In this document: positions 58,235 to 64,000 of the stretch, piece by piece | Numbering within the stretch: the stretch's first letter is position 1 | Layout: every line of letters begins with the position of its first letter | DNA from: Candidatus Krumholzibacteriia bacterium | GTDB lineage: Bacteria > Krumholzibacteriota > Krumholzibacteriia > Krumholzibacteriales > Krumholzibacteriaceae | DNA: 64,000 nt | Reading direction: 5' to 3' | NCBI GenBank assembly: GCA_963836185.1 | Contig: CAWIIQ010000001.1 | Coordinates: 1,307,531-1,371,530, forward strand | The notes under the pieces: model-generated | Told to the model about the DNA's origin: nothing | The model's database searches: none | What the model saw: the letters and a program-made list of their open reading frames with translations, nothing else | Program-made: the position numbers and the translations under genes

Positions 58235-58357
58235 ACGGAAAGTCGAAAAGGAGTCCAAGCCATAGCAGCTTCAGGATCAACGCACCGTCTCAAATCTCAT
58301 CCCATACTGCCGATAAGTGAACGAAAAGAGATCTCCTTTTCGTTCAACGGGGAAGAG

Positions 58358-60357
58358 ATGAAAGCCCTGGAGGGCGAGGCTATCACCTCCGCTCTCTACG
58401 CTAACGGTATAAAGGTCTTCGGACATCATCCGCGTGACGGGGCGCCCCAGGGAATATTCTGTGTAAACGGCCAGTGCAGCCAGTGCATGGTCCTCGTTGA
58501 CGGCGTCCCTGTGAAGGGATGCATGGTCGAGGTCCGTGAAGGGATGAAAGTGGCGAGCTGCGAGGGAGTTCCCGAGCTCCCGTATAGAGACGGCCTGCCT
58601 GAGTTCTCCAGAATTGATACGATCTCGACCGAGGTCCTCGTGATCGGGGGCGGCCCGGCGGGAATAAACGCCGCCATCGAGCTGGGGATGCTCGGTATCG
58701 AGACCTTGCTCGTTGACGACAAGAACGAGCTGGGGGGAAAGCTCACTCTTCAGACGCACCCCTTCTTTGGTTCGAGGGCAGACTGCTACGCGGGGATCCG
58801 CGGCATAGATATCGCGCACATAATGACGACAGAGCTCGCAAAGTTCGATTCAGTGAAGGTGATAACCGGCACGACTGCGGTCGGGGCTTTCCTTGACGGC
58901 AAAGTCGGGATGTACGGTCCCGATGGATACTTCCTCGTCGAGCCAAAGGTCGTTCTCGTAGCGTGTGGCGCGCGCGAGAGGGGCCTCGCATTTCCCGGTT
59001 GCGACCTGCCCGGTGTATATGGCGCGGGAGCGTTCCAGACGCTGCTCAACCGCGACCTGATCATGCCGACAGAGCGTCTCTTCATCGTCGGCGGCGGCAA
59101 TGTGGGCCTGATTGCCGGGTACCACGCCATCCAGGCGGGGATAAAGGTACTCGGTCTCGTCGAGGCTCTGTCATAGATGCGGAGGATACAAAGTGCACGC
59201 CGACAAGCTGACGCGCCTGGGTGTTCCGATCTACACCTCACATACTGTCATATCCGCCGAGGGAGACGGAAAACTCGAGCGGATCACGACGGCCGCGCTG
59301 GACGAATCTTACAAACCGGTCGAGGGGATCAGCCAGTACCTGGGAAGTCGATACGCTTCTTGTCGCGGTCGGTCTCTCCCCGATAGATGAACTTTACTAC
59401 AAGATGATGGAATTCGGTATTGAGTGCTATACCTGCGGCGATTCAGCTGAGATAGCCGAGGCTTCGGCGGCGATATTCAGTGGAAAGATCACGGGAAGAG
59501 AGATCGCCCGTGCGCTCGGACGTGACGTCGAGATCCCCGATGACTGGGCGGCGAAGCAGGATGTGCTCCGGAGCAAACCGGGCGCTGTTGTTGACTGGGA
59601 ACCTGTCGCGGGGGATGGCAGGGCTTATCCTGTGATCAGGTGCGTCGAGGAGATCCCGTGCAATCCGTGCGTTGACTCCTGTTCGCATTGCTCGATAAAG
59701 ATCCCTGGCGATCCGATTATGGGACTGCCTGAATTTTCCGGCGAATGCACAGGTTGCCTTAAATGCGTTGCGGCGTGCCCGGCCCTTGCGATCACCCTGG
59801 TCCGCCCGGATGCGGGAGAGGAAGAAGGCACTTCCATCGTTGTCGTGCCCTATGAACTCGAATTATCCGGTATCGAGAAAGGGAGCGAGGTCCATACTGT
59901 CGATTTCGACGGGAACCCGGTAGGTACGGGGAAAGTCGTAAGGGTGAACAAGGCGCCCGGAGACGCAAAGAGGATGCTTGTCTCGATAGAAATCCCGGCG
60001 CAGCAGGCGGTCGATGTAGCGGCCCTGCTCGAACTGGAAGCCGAGAAGGGCGATATGGGCGGCGGCATCGCCGATTCGATATCTGACGATACGATAGTCT
60101 GCAGGTGCGAGAGGATAACTGCCGGAGAGATACGCGGTGAGATCAGGGCGGGTGTGCTTGATATGAACATCCTTAAAGCCACGGTGAGGACGGGAATGGG
60201 AGCATGCGGTGGAAAGACCTGCACAGAACTGATCCTCCGGCTCTACCGCGAAGAAGGGATCGACCTCGAGGACGTGACTCTTCCGACAGAGAGGCCGTTT
60301 GTAGCCGAAGTGCCGCTCTCGGCGTTCGCCGGTGTCAAGGGGGGTGACGGGAAGTGA
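58358..60357 (+). pseudogene. fused HcnA/HcnB-like (sarcosine-oxidase-alpha-related) Fe-S flavoprotein subunit; two frame breaks and no canonical start codon
   Basis: 2Fe-2S region: ALEGEAITSALYANGIKVF...FCVNGQCSQCMVLVDG. Dinucleotide folds: VLVIGGGPAGINAA and FIVGGGNVGL. Ferredoxin-type motifs: CNPCVDSCSHC and CTGCLKCVAACP. BFD-like motif: CRCERIT...GACGGKTC. Frames step 2->0 near 59168-59180 and 0->1 near 59338-59343. Confidence 0.75.
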
Positions 60358-61524
60358 GTCTTGAGAAGTACGATGCTATTGTGATCGGCGCTGGAAGCGT
60401 CGGCTGCCCGACAGCCTACTTTCTCACTCTGGAGGGACTCAAGGTCCTTGTCCTGGACAGCGAGCATTCCGCGGGCCAGGGACAGAACAAGGCAGCCATC
60501 GGAGGGGTAAGGGCTACCCATTCAGACCCTGCCAAAATAGCGATCTGCCTGGAGAGCCTCGAAGATCTTCTCCACCTGGAAGGAAAAGCACGGAACTGAT
60601 ATAGGATGGATAGAGGGCGGATACTGTTTCCCGGTCTACCGTGAGATCGACGAAGAAAAACTCAAGTCGCTTCTTCCCGTACAGAAGAGTTTCGGTCTGC
60701 ATATAGACTGGGTCGGACCTGAGAAGATCATACAACTCGTTCCCGGCATCAATCCAGTCGGCCTTAGAGGCGGCACTTTCTCGCCGCACGACGGCCAGGT
60801 ATCGCCGCTTAAGGCCGCAGCCGCTTTCTGGAAGGAGAGCAGGGACAGGGGGGCCGAATTCCGTTTCGGAGAACCGGTCACAGGCCTGTTGAGGAATGGA
60901 AGCAGGGTCGAAGGCGTTGAGACGAACAAGGGAAAGTACTATGCCGACGTAGTCGTTAACGCAGCCGGTGGTCAAGCCGCTGATATAGGAAGGATGTCGG
61001 GAATCGACATCCCCGTCGTTCCGGACAGTCATGAGGCCGGGATATCCGCGCCTATGGAGAGGTTCTTCGACCCGCTCATCGTCGACATCAGGCCCGGACC
61101 TGAAGGAAGGACGGCCAACTTTTACTTCGGGCAGAACGACCGCGGCCAGGTGATCTACTGCTATACGCCTATAACACCGATCGTCGGCACGGACAGAGCG
61201 GTCACATCGGAGTTCATGCCGGTAATTTCCCGCAGGCTGATCGATCTTATTCCCCGCCTGAAGAACATGCTCATAAGGCGTGTCTGGAGGGGGCTGTACC
61301 CGATGACTCCGGACGGGATCATCATCCTCGACAAGGTGCAGGATGCGGGAGGAGTCTACCTCGCAGTGGGAATGTGCGGGCAGGGATTCATGCTGGGGCC
61401 GGGGGTGGGACTGAACATGGCGAAGTTCATTGTCCGCGGCAAGCCTATCATCGATTCTGATATCTTCTCATCGATCGGTTTCTACCGTGACTTCCACGCG
61501 AAGAGAGCCGAAGCGCTCAAGTGA
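60354..61524 (+). pseudogene. FAD-dependent amine oxidoreductase (HcnC / SoxB / DadA-like beta subunit); one frame break
   Basis: YDAIVIGAGSVGCPTAYFL is in frame 0. From about 60577 it continues WKEKHGTDIGW...FSPHDGQVSP...GVETNKGKYYADVVVNAAG...GMCGQGFMLGPG in frame 1. Confidence 0.8.
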
Positions 61525-61551
61525 TCCAAGCCTTGCGATAATCTGAAAAAG

Positions 61552-61579
61552 AAGGCCGGGGATCACTCCCCGGCCTTTT
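61552..61579. terminator. bidirectional terminator between convergent genes
   Basis: AAGGCCGGGGA-tcac-TCCCCGGCCTT, flanked by an A-run upstream and a T-run downstream. Confidence 0.7.
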
Positions 61580-61607
61580 AATTACTGACTCTTCCAGGCA
61601 GCTGGCA

Positions 61608-64000
61608 CTACCTCAGAAGAACCATCTTCTTCATGTTCTCATAGTTGTCGCCGGCGTTGATCTTGTAGAAGTAAACACCGGAAGCAACATTGGCCCCGAG
61701 ATTGTTAGCGCCATCCCAGGTAAGTTCATGAGAACCAGCATCCATGACACCATTCTGCAGAGTCTTGACCAGCTGTCCAGCCACGTTGTAGATCTTCAGG
61801 CTTACGTGACCCTTGGAGGGCAGCGCAAACTGGATCCGCGTCGACGGGTTGAACGGGTTGGGGAAGTTCTGCGCGAGGCTGTAGGCCTTCGGGAGCTCGG
61901 TGTCGGTGTAATCGCCCGACGTCGCGTTCTCGAAGAACTCATAGGTTTTCCCGAGGAACGTGTTCCTTGCGGGAGCGCCTGCTACAGCGTCTCTGATCTG
62001 CATGAAGCTGTGTCCGACCCAGACAGTCCTGAGCGGGTAACCGGCACTGTTCACCTGTGAAGGTGTGTGGATACCGGCGTAGTACGGCGCGGCTGCATAG
62101 TCAGGATACTGCAGTGCATAAGCGCCGGGGCCCGTTGTCTGAAGAACGTCGAAGTCGTTGATGATCGGGCAGCCGCCGAAGGCATAGTAGGTCATGCCTG
62201 CGTACGGTCCACCCGCAACACCGGTGATCAGAGGAGTTATCGTACCGCCGGCCGTACGGCCACCGGTAAGCTCGTAATAACTCGAGTTCTCAAGCGCGAC
62301 ACCACAGGTCGTGGAAACGAGCTCGAGAGCGATCGCCTGATCCGAATGGGAAAGGTCATAAGCGATCTGGTCGCCCATTACAAGGAGTCCGACCTTGTGG
62401 TCCGACTGATTCAGCCAATCTACGAGAAGCTGAGCGTCGTTCGACTTGTCGGAATTCTCCAGGGTTCCCTCAGAGATCGTATACGAGTTGAGATCTCCGG
62501 AATCAAAGATGACCTTCTCATAGGCCTGGCAGAAGATCGACTGAGGACCAGCTGCCGAAACGTATGCGCCTACACCGTTGCTGACACCGGAGGCCGGTGC
62601 GTTGGTGTCGTACCTGTCGGGCATAGCGTCAACCGAAGCTGAAACGGACGCGAATGCCGGATCATAGTACGTCTGCACTGTTCCCACGAATGTGCCGCGA
62701 CCATGGAAATCGTCGCAGTACAGGACGCCGGGAACTGTCCTCAGGGTAGGCAGGCAGGTAAACTCATACCTGTTTCCATCGACTTCCTCGGCCGAAGCCG
62801 GAAGAGTCGACGAATAGCCCAGGAGGTCATACGCTTTGAAGTAGTACTCGACCATGTAACCGCGCGTGAAGAGCGAGTCATTGAGGTCGATCGCGTAGGT
62901 CTCGGGTGTGATGGCACCGCTCGCGTTCTGAGCAGGCTCACACAGCAACACGGTCCAGTCACCGTCATCACTGATGTAACGTCCATCCGAACCCTCGAGT
63001 ATCATACCTGCGATGTCAGGCTTTCCGTCGGGGCCGAGGAAATGAACGTTGCAGTGGAAGTAGACTCTCTCTTCACCGGTCGCCAGGGTATCCAGGCCAC
63101 CGGCAAGAGGGGCCGCGCACTTGACTGCAGCCGAGTCGCCCGGATCGATACGATCGGGCTCCGCGTCGGGGGCGATATCGACCGCCGCGTCGGCGCGACA
63201 GATCTCTTCCATAGGATCTACGCTGAACTCGAGTTCCTGGGGGAAGGTGTCCTGGAAAAGCTCCAGGCCACGGAAACTCCAGGACGGACCTACAGTCGCG
63301 TAGCGGTAGAGACGTACATTGTCGAGCCACGGTGAAGGTGTATGGGCAGCACAGTCGTTGCCGCCTTCCCACCAGACATCGCACATGTCAGTGACACCAA
63401 CGGTCAGCTGTACAGGCTCAGAACCGACGAGGTCAGAGATGTCGAATCCGTTCTGGATGTAATCCTTGTCGGCGCCGTAGTAGACGTAGTTACGATCTCT
63501 CCACTGCCCCGGGCAGTTAGTAGCTTCATCTATGCTTCTAACCGACCAGGTGTAGTATACGAGGTTCTCCGACGGAAGGTCACGGTAGGTGACGAATCTC
63601 ATGACGGCACCGCCGAGCGTGGCAAGGTCGCCAGCGTCGATGGGCATATCCTGATTTACGTCACAAGCCGATGAATACCTTCTCATGTCGATGATAGGCG
63701 ATATGACCGACTCGTCCTGACAGGGGGCGGAGATCCCGCCGGGGCCCGTGCAGAACGGAGTGTCGAACATACCGGGATAATCGGAACTGGGATAGGATGA
63801 ACCGTTGAAGAAGATCAACTGAGCGCCGAAGTTGTCGGCACAGGGATCTTTGTCAACAAGGTTGTTCCTGAGGTCGGCGTAGGCGCCGAAAGCGTCTTCG
63901 ACCGCACAGTTCCAGATACCAAGCTCGCCCTTGCTTCCAACGGCATAGCCTTCGAAATCCTCGTAATCGAGAAGTCCGGTGGCATCGGTGACCGAGATCT
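61608..64000 (-). CDS. large secreted protein with an FlgD-Ig/T9SS-like C-terminal sorting domain; the N-terminus lies outside the window
   Basis: The C-terminus is NFPNPFNPSTRIQFALPSKGHVSLKIYNVAGQLV...WDGANNLGANVASGVYFYKI...MVLLR. The reading frame stays open from 63818 to the window edge (…DYEDFEGYAVGSKGELGIWN...), so the track start at TTG 63818 is not the true start. Confidence 0.8.
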   Translation of the reverse strand, partial: ISVTDATGLLDYEDFEGYAVGSKGELGIWNCAVEDAFGAYADLRNNLVDKDPCADNFGAQLIFFNGSSYPSSDYPGMFDTPFCTGPGGISAPCQDESVISPIIDMRRYSSACDVNQDMPIDAGDLATLGGAVMRFVTYRDLPSENLVYYTWSVRSIDEATNCPGQWRDRNYVYYGADKDYIQNGFDISDLVGSEPVQLTVGVTDMCDVWWEGGNDCAAHTPSPWLDNVRLYRYATVGPSWSFRGLELFQDTFPQELEFSVDPMEEICRADAAVDIAPDAEPDRIDPGDSAAVKCAAPLAGGLDTLATGEERVYFHCNVHFLGPDGKPDIAGMILEGSDGRYISDDGDWTVLLCEPAQNASGAITPETYAIDLNDSLFTRGYMVEYYFKAYDLLGYSSTLPASAEEVDGNRYEFTCLPTLRTVPGVLYCDDFHGRGTFVGTVQTYYDPAFASVSASVDAMPDRYDTNAPASGVSNGVGAYVSAAGPQSIFCQAYEKVIFDSGDLNSYTISEGTLENSDKSNDAQLLVDWLNQSDHKVGLLVMGDQIAYDLSHSDQAIALELVSTTCGVALENSSYYELTGGRTAGGTITPLITGVAGGPYAGMTYYAFGGCPIINDFDVLQTTGPGAYALQYPDYAAAPYYAGIHTPSQVNSAGYPLRTVWVGHSFMQIRDAVAGAPARNTFLGKTYEFFENATSGDYTDTELPKAYSLAQNFPNPFNPSTRIQFALPSKGHVSLKIYNVAGQLVKTLQNGVMDAGSHELTWDGANNLGANVASGVYFYKINAGDNYENMKKMVLLR

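Noticed and set aside
1-64000. Search for mobile elements, CRISPR arrays, restriction-modification, toxin-antitoxin or other known defence systems.
   Set aside because: I saw no transposase, integrase or recombinase motifs, no terminal inverted repeats, no repeat-spacer arrays and no nuclease/ATPase defence signatures. The small XRE proteins are paired with membrane proteins rather than toxins.

Overview
GC-rich bacterial chromosomal segment that looks metagenome-derived. I count about 57 protein-coding genes and one tRNA-Phe. I found no rRNA, CRISPR array, transposase, integrase, phage gene or recognisable defence system.

Gene content:
- Housekeeping: purD, purE, tsaC, mazG, uvrA, galE, and an LPS-core operon of waaA plus a GT9 heptosyltransferase.
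- Metabolism: class I aminotransferase, carbamate kinase, a LarA-like protein, a DDAH-like amidinohydrolase, two Tat-exported aldo-keto-reductase/ferredoxin fusions, alkaline phosphatase, a DASS transporter, an OadA/PycB-like biotin carboxyltransferase and an HcnABC-like amine dehydrogenase pair.
- A large secretome: a lamin-tail-domain protein, two Pmp-repeat beta-helix proteins, a papain-like peptidase, an ankyrin-MBL fusion, an FG-GAP protein, a TSP3-OmpA protein and several lipoproteins. Three of these end in an FlgD-Ig/T9SS-type sorting domain, which points to an FCB-group or related candidate phylum.
- Regulators: two small XRE-HTH plus membrane-protein modules, two tandem XRE-cupin proteins, and a histidine kinase, receiver and PAS-DHp trio.

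No canonical novel system is evident. The points most worth a second look are:
1. A clustered set of at least 17 reading-frame breaks in nine conserved genes, most likely assembly indels.
2. An unassigned nitrogen-compound island at 7.2-14.1 kb.
3. A radical-SAM/SPASM gene inside the Kdo-transferase operon.
4. An Omp85-like / ABC-2 / FG-GAP envelope cluster.
5. A twin-palindrome operator upstream of an HTH-membrane operon.
6. A secreted ankyrin-metallo-beta-lactamase fusion.

All functional calls rest on motif recognition by eye, not on database searches.
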